Assembly (NCBI GenBank): GCA_949291575.1
Contig: CASEWH010000079.1
Span: 1 to 50,450 of the forward strand
Reading direction: 5' to 3'
Length of the DNA: 50,450 bases
Source: an uncultured bacterium
Lineage (GTDB): Bacteria > Bacillota_I > Bacilli_A > RF39 > UBA660
The translations under genes were made by a program, and so were the position numbers. The notes beneath the pieces were generated by a model that worked only from the letters and a program-made list of their open reading frames with translations, was not told the DNA's origin and searched no databases. Positions 1-9,207 of the stretch are shown here, piece by piece (the first letter of the stretch is position 1; the number at the start of each line of letters is the position of its first letter).

Positions 1-88
1 AAAACTTATCTATAATCTGATAACGTTCATTAATATCATAATTATGTTCTTTACATTTTTCTTCATCAAAATAAATCTCCATCATCAT
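1..88 (-). CDS. hypothetical protein, first 29 codons only (gene continues beyond the left edge)
   Basis: ATG at 88 with GGAG about 10 nt upstream. The frame is open to position 1 (MMMEIYFDEEKCKEHNYDINERYQIIDKF). No family recognised. Confidence 0.3.
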   Translation of the reverse strand, partial: MMMEIYFDEEKCKEHNYDINERYQIIDKF

Positions 89-139
89 TTTTAATCAACT
101 CCTTATTCTAATTAAATTTTATATTTGCAAATATTATTA

Positions 140-460
140 TTAATCTTTAATAGCATCTAGCATATCATACCTATCACCTAAACTAGTTGCATCTATTCTT
201 TTAATACAATGCTTCAACCAAGGAAAAGTATTTCCCATATTATTTAAATCCTGACTAACTTTAGGTAATGGCTTTTCAAAAATAGAAATATAACCAGAAC
301 CTTGTCTATGTTTATAACCAATATTTTCTAAATATTTTCTTATATCATAATAGGCATTAGTATAAGTTTTAGGATATACTTTTTTTAGTCTATTAGTATC
401 TAAATCAAAATTAATCGCTTTTCTTGTTAAATCATAATAAACACCTTGATTTAGATTTAT
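140..460 (-). CDS. vapD: VapD-like (Cas2-fold) virulence-associated protein D homologue without a canonical start codon; possibly decaying
   Basis: Not in the ORF track. The frame is open from a TAG near 470 to TAA at 140-142. The translation INLNQGVYYDLTRKAINFDLDTNRLKKVYPKTYTNAYYDIRKYLENIGYKHRQGSGYISIFEKPLPKVSQDLNNMGNTFPWLKHCIKRIDATSLGDRYDMLDAIKD follows the VapD pattern (AIxFDL, NAYxDIRxxLxxxG[FY]xxxQGSxY, W, [DR]I[DR]). A strong RBS AGGAGGG sits 8 nt before an ATA codon at 458-460. The first ATG/GTG/TTG in frame is two-thirds of the way down. Confidence 0.5.
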   Translation of the reverse strand: MNLNQGVYYDLTRKAINFDLDTNRLKKVYPKTYTNAYYDIRKYLENIGYKHRQGSGYISIFEKPLPKVSQDLNNMGNTFPWLKHCIKRIDATSLGDRYDMLDAIKD

Positions 461-580
461 AACCGTTCCCTCCTATAATATATCTTATAACTACCATCTC
501 CTTTCCATTAATTCTAATTAAATACTAATCGTGTTAACACGAGATAAATCTAACATAAAATTAAATATCTGTAAAATCAT

Positions 581-679
581 GAATTTTGCAAATTCGCCAA
601 AAAAAGTGGGTCAAATTTTAAAATTCGCCCACTAAATTTTTAATTTTGATATCTAAATTAACTCGAATTTGCAAAATTC
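581..679. repeat. Pair of 15-nt perfect inverted repeats (GAATTTTGCAAATTC at 581-595; GAATTTGCAAAATTC at 665-679) bracketing the VirD4 terminator
   Basis: The two 15-mers are exact reverse complements of each other, each is itself nearly palindromic, and they are 69 nt apart. Confidence 0.6.
599..633 (-). terminator. Rho-independent terminator downstream of the coupling-protein gene
   Basis: On the minus strand, AGTGGG-N17-CCCACT is followed by a T7 run, about 63 nt after the stop at 696. Confidence 0.6.
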
Positions 680-695
680 AAAGTTTTTTATATTT

Positions 696-2921
696 TTATT
701 CATCAAAGAAATCATCAAAGAAGTCATCATCATCGTCATCATCTAAACTCAAATTAACTTCCTTTTTCGGATGTTCAACTTTTGGCATTTCACTAACTTC
801 TGGTATAGGACTATTAACAACTTCTTTAACTGGAGAAACATCCTTAACAGGTTTAGGTTCCACAGCTTTCATAGCATCTAACTTCTGTTGTTGTTTCTGC
901 TTATTCATTGCCTCTTCTTTCTCAAGTTCTGCAATCTTAGCATCTATCTTCTTAACAAGCTCATCCACATCAAATGAAGGTTTCTTAGGTCCTGCATTAC
1001 TTTCCATATTAGGATTCATAAAAGGAGGCATTGGATTATTATTAATAGGATTATTTAGTCTAGGCATTCCAGTAGGATTAGGCATACCTTCACCCATAGG
1101 ATTATTATTAGCCCCTGCTCCTATACCAAACAAATTAGGAGGTACAAATCCAGGTGGAGTACTTCCCCCTTCTCCATTTGGATTAGAACTATTCATCATC
1201 TCTAACAATTTTTCTTTTTTCTTCTCTTTAACAAATGTCTTTATATCAAAAGTATGAACTGCAAGTTTTTCTCTTTCAGGATATGCTGCCTTAGGATAAG
1301 TCTTACCCCAATCAAGTTTAAAATCAGGCGTAAACTTAGTCTTAAATGGTTGCATTCTCATTCTTAGAATAATAACTTCGAACGTTTTCATTCTCTGTAA
1401 ATCAGATACTGTAACAAGAGGAGTTGAAGCAGTCTTATCATCTGACTTAGACTTAACTTCACCACACATCTTAGATATTTCTTCAAGTGCTGCAAGCTCT
1501 GCAGAAATTAAGTAAATAATATTACCACAGTTACCTCTAATAGTCTCAGCATTCTCTTTACCATAAACTTGATTTAACTGTGCATAGTTCTGAATAATCA
1601 TTGTAAATCTAATATGCCTTGAACGAGCAGCCGTAATCATAGTAGTAACATCTTTAAGTGGTGGCATATTTGCAAACTCATCAAGTAAGAAATTAGTTCT
1701 AACAGGAAGTTCTCCACCATTTTCCTGTGCAACACCGATTAATGTTTCATAACACTGTTTTAAAAGTATTGTAACAAGTGAATGATATGTTTTCTTTTCA
1801 TCTTGTACAACTATAAATAAAGCAGTTTTACGTCTTCCAATATCAGCAAGTTCTATATCACTATGACTAAGCATTTCTGATAAATTCTCACGAGATGCAA
1901 ATAACTTAATCTTTTGTCTAAATACTGACAAGATTGATCCTTTTGTATCTGTAGGAGCATTAATAGTACTAGAAGCATTAATTACAGATGCACTAGCAGG
2001 ATCTTTAAATGAAAAGTATTCTTTAATATAAGTAGAACCACCAAACTTCTCTTCTCCTACCGTAGTCATTAAACTAATACTATTAATATTTATCTCTTCT
2101 TCTTTAGCATCTTCAAAAAGACCTAAAGCAACACCAGAAAAGTAATCAGCTGAAGTCTTTTCCCAGAACGGATCACTATTATTACTAGATTCATCATATA
2201 AAATATTTAAAGCAAGGTCATCTAGTAACTCAATCGCTTTATCTTGATTGCCACTTTTATACATTCTATAAGGAAGTGATAATGGATTCCAACTACTACC
2301 ATTTTGTGGATCACGAAAGTTAAGAATTTGTACATCATAACCTTTATCTCTTAACATATTAGCAGTCGCTTCATAAATCTCACCCTTAGGGTCAGTAATA
2401 ATCATAGATTCCCCTGCTTTAGCAAGTAATTGAACTGTAGGTTTAATAACAGTCTGAGTTTTACCTGAACCAGTAGAACCAATAACTAAAGTATGATATT
2501 CTCCATTATCAACCCAAGCTTCTTTATCATTTAAAATTAAAGGAACACCTGCTGCATTACTATACTCTTGCCCTGGAGTAACCATAACAATATCTTTTTC
2601 AGCTTTCATTTCTTTATCTTTAGCCCATCTAGAATAACCTTTATCTTTTTTCTCACTAGTAAAACCAATACCCTTTTCCATTTCAAAGAAGTATGATTTA
2701 ACACTAACAAGCATCCCAATTAAAGCTACAAAATAGATGATTAAAGTAATCCATAAAAACCTAGGTGCAAAAGCAGGAAATGGATTAAGTCCACTAAAAT
2801 ATCCTTCAGTAGCAAAAGAATGTAAATTAACAACACCTATCGCTACTATATAAAGTAAAAAGATAGCAAAGACTATAAAAATCATTACATCGTCTTTATC
2901 AGCTCTAAACTTCAACTTCAT
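696..2921 (-). CDS. Type IV coupling protein (VirD4/TraG family ATPase)
   Basis: N-terminal TM helices, Walker A GSTGSGKTQT, and LLDEFANMPP (the TraG/VirD4 Walker B region). ATG at 2921 has RBS GAGGTGG 5 nt upstream; the track start 2930 is a GTG inside that RBS. The C-terminal ~200 aa are Pro/Asn/Gly-rich, then a coiled K/E stretch, ending in DDDDDDDFFDDFFDE. Confidence 0.9.
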   Translation of the reverse strand: MKLKFRADKDDVMIFIVFAIFLLYIVAIGVVNLHSFATEGYFSGLNPFPAFAPRFLWITLIIYFVALIGMLVSVKSYFFEMEKGIGFTSEKKDKGYSRWAKDKEMKAEKDIVMVTPGQEYSNAAGVPLILNDKEAWVDNGEYHTLVIGSTGSGKTQTVIKPTVQLLAKAGESMIITDPKGEIYEATANMLRDKGYDVQILNFRDPQNGSSWNPLSLPYRMYKSGNQDKAIELLDDLALNILYDESSNNSDPFWEKTSADYFSGVALGLFEDAKEEEININSISLMTTVGEEKFGGSTYIKEYFSFKDPASASVINASSTINAPTDTKGSILSVFRQKIKLFASRENLSEMLSHSDIELADIGRRKTALFIVVQDEKKTYHSLVTILLKQCYETLIGVAQENGGELPVRTNFLLDEFANMPPLKDVTTMITAARSRHIRFTMIIQNYAQLNQVYGKENAETIRGNCGNIIYLISAELAALEEISKMCGEVKSKSDDKTASTPLVTVSDLQRMKTFEVIILRMRMQPFKTKFTPDFKLDWGKTYPKAAYPEREKLAVHTFDIKTFVKEKKKEKLLEMMNSSNPNGEGGSTPPGFVPPNLFGIGAGANNNPMGEGMPNPTGMPRLNNPINNNPMPPFMNPNMESNAGPKKPSFDVDELVKKIDAKIAELEKEEAMNKQKQQQKLDAMKAVEPKPVKDVSPVKEVVNSPIPEVSEMPKVEHPKKEVNLSLDDDDDDDFFDDFFDE

Positions 2922-3001
2922 AATATCCACCTCTGTTCAATCTCAATTAAAATCTACGCTTATTATACCAGTATTTTACTAATTTGAAAACAAAAATTTA
3001 A

Positions 3002-3700
3002 TTATATTTTATTATTCTTTCTATTTCTAATAAGCAATAAAACTAAAATAATAAGTACTATTCCTATTACAACACCTATAGTAATTACTGTACTAACATT
3101 TACTATACCTAAAACTCTATCTCCACTTTTACTAGTATCTATTACTATATCAATACTCTTCTTACTATCTTTATTAAAAACCCAAGTATAAGTATTACCA
3201 TTAACACTATCAGCATTATTCTCTTCTACTAAATAATCTGTTTTTATATTAACTGTTACTTCTTCTAAAAGAGGAAAATCATTAAAATATATTAATCCTT
3301 CATTATCAGTTAATAAGGAAATAATATCATTTCTATAAGAATAACTATAATCTCTAAAACCATCTTTAATAGTTCTAGCATCCCCATATTTATCTATATC
3401 AAAATCATAACTATAATTAAATCTATAACCATTTCCTAAATCAGTAGTATTCTTATTATAATATAAAACATCAGAAAAAGGCTGATCAGGAACTGTATCT
3501 ACTATTAAATCAGAAGCATATATAGGAATATAATCTCTAAATGATGTTCTTAAAATCTCTTTAGTATAAATAGCATTCTCTAAAACTGTGATATCATTAC
3601 TCTCTTTTATTTTATTATCACTAATATCAAGATTAACTTCTACACTACATCCACTAACCATAAATATTAGTAGTATTAAAGTCAAAATTTTCTTTTTCAT
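3002..3700 (-). CDS. T4SS-associated lipoprotein with an additional C-terminal membrane anchor (paralogue A)
   Basis: Lipobox LIFMVSGC-S, an extracytoplasmic domain of ~190 aa, then a TM helix plus basic tail (LLLIRNRKNNKI). Paralogous to 5079-5756 (shared ENNAD-VNGNTYTW block and overall architecture). Confidence 0.6.
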   Translation of the reverse strand: MKKKILTLILLIFMVSGCSVEVNLDISDNKIKESNDITVLENAIYTKEILRTSFRDYIPIYASDLIVDTVPDQPFSDVLYYNKNTTDLGNGYRFNYSYDFDIDKYGDARTIKDGFRDYSYSYRNDIISLLTDNEGLIYFNDFPLLEEVTVNIKTDYLVEENNADSVNGNTYTWVFNKDSKKSIDIVIDTSKSGDRVLGIVNVSTVITIGVVIGIVLIILVLLLIRNRKNNKI

Positions 3701-3703
3701 AGT

Positions 3704-5053
3704 CTATCCTCCATAGAAACCACTCATATCAATTCCATAATAACCAGAAGCATCAAAAGATTTTCTAGAAAACAACACTCCTGTTTCATTACCAGCCGCT
3801 TCTGCACAGATATAACCATTATCATCAACACCAACAACTAAAATAATATGTCCACTTGTCGCTAGCAAATCACCAGCTTGCAAAACTGCACTACTACTTA
3901 ATGATACCCTCTCAGCCCCTTCTAAATATACAAAAGTAGCAGATGATTGAACAGGAATAGAAAATCCCCCATTATTAATAGCCCAAGTAACAAAACCAGA
4001 ACAGTCGAGTCCACAATAAGTATAAGCTTGTCCATTAGCAGCAGTATAGCAGGTGTTACTTCCCCAACTAGCTTCCGCACCTACAGAAATACTTCCATGA
4101 CCTCCAGTCCAAAAATAAGGAACTTTAACATTATAGTTATTACCAAGTTCTGCAATTAAAGTAACAGCAGCCGCTACAACACCTGCTCTTGTTCCAGAAC
4201 CTGCTTCTTGTACATTACTTACTATTAAATTATTGAATTCTTCTAAACTAGTACCTTTACTTTCTAAAAAAGTATCTAAAGGCTCATGCAATATTTCATG
4301 TCCATCACTAGATAATGAATAATCACCATAATCAATATCACCACTACCCCCACTAGAAGCTTCTGCCGTATCAAGCCCCCAAAAGCCACTAAAGAAACCT
4401 ATAACTGTAATAGGAATTAAAAAAATAAACAGAAAAGATATGATAAATCCAAAAAGTCCTATCATAAATTTAGTAGACAAAGGAATCCTACCAAATAATT
4501 TAAATTTAGAAGAAAATTTATTATTAGAACCAAAGATAGAACGTAAAGGATTTAAAGATCTAGATTCACTTTCTTCATTAGAAACAACACTATCATCACT
4601 AGTACTATCATCATTACTAGTTACACCACTAGTAATACTATCACTTCTACTATTATCTTCTCTATTATTACTAACAATACCACCAGTAGTAGTAGGATTA
4701 GTATTTCTTCTAGCCATAACATTTTTTCTAATATTATTAAGATTATTTAAAGTACCAAGAACAGGAACACTAGATAAAGCTCTATTAGCAATCTGTCTTT
4801 TAGCATTATTAACTATATTAGAACCCATACTACGTTTAGGAATATTGACATTACTAGAAGTACCAGAACTACTAACATTATCATTATTACCTGTTTTTTT
4901 TCTACTCTTATATTTATTAAAATCAACTATGTTATCTTTTTTATTATTAGCAACATTTCTAAGAGGTGTACTAGAAGAAGCATGAGTATTATTATTAGAT
5001 TGACCACCTACTTCATTATTATTATCTTCTAAGTTTTCTACTTCTTCTGGCAT
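3704..5053 (-). CDS. Membrane-anchored NlpC/P60 family cell-wall endopeptidase with a Ser/Asn-rich N-terminal region
   Basis: C-terminal NlpC/P60 motifs (GLDCSGFVTWAI catalytic Cys, SGHIILVVG His), a central hydrophobic segment (FMIGLFGFIISFLFIFLIPITVIGFF), and ~180 aa of low-complexity S/N-rich N-terminus. Confidence 0.8.
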   Translation of the reverse strand: MPEEVENLEDNNNEVGGQSNNNTHASSSTPLRNVANNKKDNIVDFNKYKSRKKTGNNDNVSSSGTSSNVNIPKRSMGSNIVNNAKRQIANRALSSVPVLGTLNNLNNIRKNVMARRNTNPTTTGGIVSNNREDNSRSDSITSGVTSNDDSTSDDSVVSNEESESRSLNPLRSIFGSNNKFSSKFKLFGRIPLSTKFMIGLFGFIISFLFIFLIPITVIGFFSGFWGLDTAEASSGGSGDIDYGDYSLSSDGHEILHEPLDTFLESKGTSLEEFNNLIVSNVQEAGSGTRAGVVAAAVTLIAELGNNYNVKVPYFWTGGHGSISVGAEASWGSNTCYTAANGQAYTYCGLDCSGFVTWAINNGGFSIPVQSSATFVYLEGAERVSLSSSAVLQAGDLLATSGHIILVVGVDDNGYICAEAAGNETGVLFSRKSFDASGYYGIDMSGFYGG

Positions 5054-5078
5054 TTTACCACCTCCCTTTAATGTAATA

Positions 5079-5756
5079 CTAAGTTATTTTATTATTTTTC
5101 TTACGTCTTCTAAGTGCCTTAAAATATATCAAAATTCCAATTATTACAACAATTATAAGAATAACTATAATAGAAATAACCTGTGAAGTAAAAGATTCCT
5201 GATATCTTTCTTTCTCTATTTTTATATAAATAGGTTTATTAGTATAATTTTTATCATTTATATACCAAGTATAAGTATTACCATTAACTTTATCTGCATT
5301 ATTTTCTAAAACTGTTAAAGCAGTCCTAATATTAACAGTAATACTGTCAATTTCTCTATCGCCATCTTTATAAAGACACGCTACTTGATTATCAGTATTA
5401 ATAGTAATAACATCATCAGTAACATTAACAATACGCTTATAATAACATCTACTAGCAGCTTCTGATTTATATAAATCATTTCCAGTATATTGATAACTAT
5501 AATTTAAAATTATATTATCATCAGTCTCTCTCTTAGTAAAGTCATAATATTCGTTTTCTCTTGTATCATAATTATAAAATGCAGTTCTTCTAATACCTTC
5601 CATTCTATTAGCAAGTTCACTTTCCGTAGCTTTATCAAAAATAGCATTAATATCTTCTTCCATAGTAGAGTTCTTAATAGTCAAATTATATTCAGCACTA
5701 CAACCGGATAACAGAAACATACAACAAATTAAACAAAATATTTTAAATTTTCTCAT
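5079..5756 (-). CDS. T4SS-associated lipoprotein with an additional C-terminal membrane anchor (paralogue B)
   Basis: Lipobox MFLLSGC-S and a C-terminal TM helix plus basic tail (KALRRRKKNNKIT). Paralogue of 3002-3700. Confidence 0.6.
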   Translation of the reverse strand: MRKFKIFCLICCMFLLSGCSAEYNLTIKNSTMEEDINAIFDKATESELANRMEGIRRTAFYNYDTRENEYYDFTKRETDDNIILNYSYQYTGNDLYKSEAASRCYYKRIVNVTDDVITINTDNQVACLYKDGDREIDSITVNIRTALTVLENNADKVNGNTYTWYINDKNYTNKPIYIKIEKERYQESFTSQVISIIVILIIVVIIGILIYFKALRRRKKNNKIT

Positions 5757-5765
5757 AATATTCTC

Positions 5766-7397
5766 CTATCCCTCAAGTGGAAAAATATATCCACTAAAGT
5801 CATAACTACCACTATAATATGGACCAAAGCTATTATAAAACTCATCAAGAGTCATAGTCTTCATATTAAAGTTAATACAACTCCAATCATTAGGACAACT
5901 ATTAGTATTAGTAGCCCATCCTTCAGTAATAGTAACACTATCATCAGTCACTTCTTCAATAAAAGCAACATGACCATAACCACCACTTTTAGTCCACGAA
6001 ATAATAGCACCAGCTTGTAAATCATTTATATTAGTACTAGTTCTAAAAGTACCAGAACTTCTTTCAACCCATACACCTGCATCTCCATATATAGAGAATA
6101 ATTTGTCTCCAATACTAGCTGCTTGTTCATCTGTAATAGTTCCCTTACTAGCAAGTTCTAAAGCAACTTCATAAGCACGAGCTTGAGCATACCAAACACA
6201 CTGTCCTCTATTACTACTCTTTCTTGTAAAAGCAGCATCAGAAGAACTTGGAGCAATTGTTCTAATAGTCCACTGTCCTTCCCCAGTATAACAAAGATCT
6301 GAACTAACATTAACAGGAACATCCCATTTATCTAAATCATACATTTCAATAGTATTAATAATAGTACTAGAATAATTAGGATCTGTTGCATATCCAGCAT
6401 TATGTATCGCTCTAATCTGTTCCTGATAAGTAGTAGCATCGAATACCCCTGCATTAGGATACCTAGGATTTTCTTTTAAAAACAAGGAATGATCATTAAC
6501 AGAATCTTCTATGCTATTATATTTTCTAAAATTAGAATCAGTTGTATAATAACCGCTGCTTCCATATTCACCTGTCTCCATGTTTATACATTCTCCATCC
6601 CAATTAGAACTACACTTAATACCAAACATATTATTCGCTTGTTGTGTCAAACCAGACTTACCCCAACCACTTTCTATTATAGACTGAGCAAGAGTAACAG
6701 AAGCAAAAACATCATTTCTACTAAAATCAGCTTGAGCAATAGGACCCATTGTGGCAATATATTCATCAGTACTCATATCAAGAAAGATAGAAGCTTGTGT
6801 ATTACCAGTAGAAAGACACCCATCCCCCATATTATCTTCTTTTTCTGCCCCAATAAACTCTAAATAATCATTTACATAATCATAAACATCTTGAGCCATC
6901 CTAGTACATGTAACATCCTCCAAACTAGAATCAACACTCTTAAAATAACTAGCAAGACTCTCTTTAACAGCTTCTTCACCTTTAGCAGTATAAGTATAAG
7001 TACCATCTTCATGTTCCACTTCATCAAGCATTAAATCTGCAACTTCTCTCATCCTAGCTTCTGACATATCATCATATGTAAAACCTTCTATATTAGTTTG
7101 CATAATAGTAAAAGTAGAAGTAATAATTAACTCTGAAAACTCTTTTTCTTCAGCATCATATTCATCACGCACTTCATCTAATCTCTCATAGTAAGCATCA
7201 GAACCTTGACTAAAAGCAACAAGTTGAGTAGAATCTTTACTTCTATCTATTCCAAAAAAGCATGTTAAACCTACAAGAAAAATCGAAAAAACAACACCTA
7301 TAACAGTAAGTGTACCCTGCCAAGAAGATAATAACTTAAAAGAAGATAGAAATAATGCTATCTTTCTACTTCTTTTATTATTTCTATCTCCTTTCAT
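5766..7397 (-). CDS. Bifunctional peptidoglycan hydrolase: GH73 N-acetylglucosaminidase domain + CHAP amidase/endopeptidase domain (VirB1-type role)
   Basis: TM anchor; GH73 motifs AQSIIESGWGKS, NMFGIK, GYATDPNY; CHAP motifs RGQCVWYAQARA and GYGHVAFIEEV. The likely start is ATG 7397 (RBS GGAAAGG). The track start 7439 would overlap the VirB4 end. Confidence 0.85.
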   Translation of the reverse strand: MKGDRNNKRSRKIALFLSSFKLLSSWQGTLTVIGVVFSIFLVGLTCFFGIDRSKDSTQLVAFSQGSDAYYERLDEVRDEYDAEEKEFSELIITSTFTIMQTNIEGFTYDDMSEARMREVADLMLDEVEHEDGTYTYTAKGEEAVKESLASYFKSVDSSLEDVTCTRMAQDVYDYVNDYLEFIGAEKEDNMGDGCLSTGNTQASIFLDMSTDEYIATMGPIAQADFSRNDVFASVTLAQSIIESGWGKSGLTQQANNMFGIKCSSNWDGECINMETGEYGSSGYYTTDSNFRKYNSIEDSVNDHSLFLKENPRYPNAGVFDATTYQEQIRAIHNAGYATDPNYSSTIINTIEMYDLDKWDVPVNVSSDLCYTGEGQWTIRTIAPSSSDAAFTRKSSNRGQCVWYAQARAYEVALELASKGTITDEQAASIGDKLFSIYGDAGVWVERSSGTFRTSTNINDLQAGAIISWTKSGGYGHVAFIEEVTDDSVTITEGWATNTNSCPNDWSCINFNMKTMTLDEFYNSFGPYYSGSYDFSGYIFPLEG

Positions 7398-7416
7398 ATA
7401 ACCACTACCTTTCCTA

Positions 7417-9207
7417 CTAAAATCCTCCAGCCGTTCCAAATGATTCTAACTCTTCTTGAGTTACAACTACATTTATTCTCATACGTCTATTACCACAAAC
7501 AAATAATGCTTCTCCCTGTGAATAACGTTTAATACTATCTTTTTCATTTTCATTTAAATCTATCAGTAAAGACAAATCTTCAACCGCTTGTTTTCTAAGT
7601 CCCATAACAAGATAATATGATGAGTTATCAAATATCGCTTTACCTTGAGTAATAATAGCAGGACTAGAGAAATCACTAGGTTGTTGAGTAATAATTATTG
7701 TACCTGTATTATATTTACGAGCACGTCTTTGTACCTGAGCAAGGAAATCAGCTCCCTGTTCATTATTAGTACCAAGTAAAACATGCGCTTCATCTACCAT
7801 TAATATTGTATTAACAGATGAATCAAGACAAAGTCCCCAAGCATATTTTAATACATTAAAGAATAAAGCATTTCTTATATTAGTATCAGAATTCATAAAT
7901 TCTTTAATATTAAATACCATAAAATCACTATCAGCAGTTATAGTAGTCTTACCATCAAAATAGAATTTTAATTCTTTAATTAAAGGTCTAATTTTAAGTT
8001 CAAGATTTTGAATAATATCTTTTTCTCTAGTCTGTTCAGTTAAAGACATAAGTCTACCTCTAATAGTAGCATATACATCAGAGAATGTTGGATAATCAGC
8101 TGAAGTAAACTTAGAAAAATCAGTATTAAAATCTATTCCAAAACGTTTATAAGTATCTTGAACAATCTCACTAAACATATTTAAAACATCTTCTTCAATA
8201 GAAGGATCATAATATTTCATAAAAGCTCTAAGAGATTGTAAAGTACGAGTTAAAACAGTATAACCTAATCCCTGAGAAATCTCTTCATCATCAGCATCAA
8301 TAATAACTTCTAATGGATTAATAAGACCATACTCTCCACCTTTACCAATATCAATAGTATCTCCTCCAAAAGTTCTAGTCATCTCTTCAAGCTCGTTTTC
8401 AGGGTCAATAGCAACAATTTGACAACCATTTCTAATATGAGTTCTAAGAAGCAGTTTAGCAGCAGTAGACTTACCACTACCAGAAGTACCAAGAATAATC
8501 ATATTAGCATTATTTCTATTATTTTCTTTTCTTATTTGATAAAGGAATTGATTAAACAAGATAACTCCTCCAGAGAAATCTACTCCAAGTAAAACAGATA
8601 ATCCTGGATCTTTAATACTATCAAAGATAAAAGGATACATCGCTGCAATAGTAGGAGTTGGTATAGGAGTACCAATTCTCTCTTCTATATCTTGACTAGG
8701 AAAGATAGGTAAAATACCCTTCAAAACTTTCTCTTGTTCAAAACGTAAAGACACCGCTCTAAGTTCCATTGCATCTAAATAGTTTTTAACATTAACTTTT
8801 TTTAATTCTAAATCTTCTTTAGTATCAGCATTTATCATAATATGCATTTGAAAATCAAAGATACGAGACTGACTAGATGCTAACATTGCTACAAAAGACT
8901 CTAAACTCTCAGCATCTTGTCTAATTCTCTCTTTAGCAGTTTGATCTTTCTCCTGACGATATTTCTCACGTAAATCAGCAACTTGTCTATTAATCATTTT
9001 AGACATAGTACTAAATGGTACAGGAATATGTTTAATAACTATTTTTATTCCACTCATAGATGTTAAAGTTGATAAGTAACCTGGGGCAATAAAACGTGGA
9101 TAAGATATAACAGACAAAATAGTTGCATACTTATCACTAATAAAGAAATCACTTGGATTAAATTGTAATCCTTTAGGTGCTAATTGACTTTTAATACTTA
9201 TACTCAT
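7417..9207 (-). CDS. VirB4-family T4SS ATPase, C-terminal three-quarters (middle + ATPase domains)
   Basis: Walker A GTSGSGKST and Walker B ILMVDEAHVLL. The motif order matches Gram-positive VirB4 proteins (TcpF/ConE/Tn916 Orf16 type), but the protein is about 190 residues short at the N-terminus. Its ATG overlaps the stop of the preceding ORF (ATGA at 9204-9207). Confidence 0.85.
   Translation of the reverse strand: MSISIKSQLAPKGLQFNPSDFFISDKYATILSVISYPRFIAPGYLSTLTSMSGIKIVIKHIPVPFSTMSKMINRQVADLREKYRQEKDQTAKERIRQDAESLESFVAMLASSQSRIFDFQMHIMINADTKEDLELKKVNVKNYLDAMELRAVSLRFEQEKVLKGILPIFPSQDIEERIGTPIPTPTIAAMYPFIFDSIKDPGLSVLLGVDFSGGVILFNQFLYQIRKENNRNNANMIILGTSGSGKSTAAKLLLRTHIRNGCQIVAIDPENELEEMTRTFGGDTIDIGKGGEYGLINPLEVIIDADDEEISQGLGYTVLTRTLQSLRAFMKYYDPSIEEDVLNMFSEIVQDTYKRFGIDFNTDFSKFTSADYPTFSDVYATIRGRLMSLTEQTREKDIIQNLELKIRPLIKELKFYFDGKTTITADSDFMVFNIKEFMNSDTNIRNALFFNVLKYAWGLCLDSSVNTILMVDEAHVLLGTNNEQGADFLAQVQRRARKYNTGTIIITQQPSDFSSPAIITQGKAIFDNSSYYLVMGLRKQAVEDLSLLIDLNENEKDSIKRYSQGEALFVCGNRRMRINVVVTQEELESFGTAGGF

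Noticed and set aside
3704-5053. The Ser/Asn-rich N-terminal half of the NlpC/P60 protein and the Pro/Asn-rich tail of VirD4 considered as DNA-level tandem repeats
   Set aside because: No periodic nucleotide repeat could be traced. They are compositionally biased coding regions, not satellite-like repeats.
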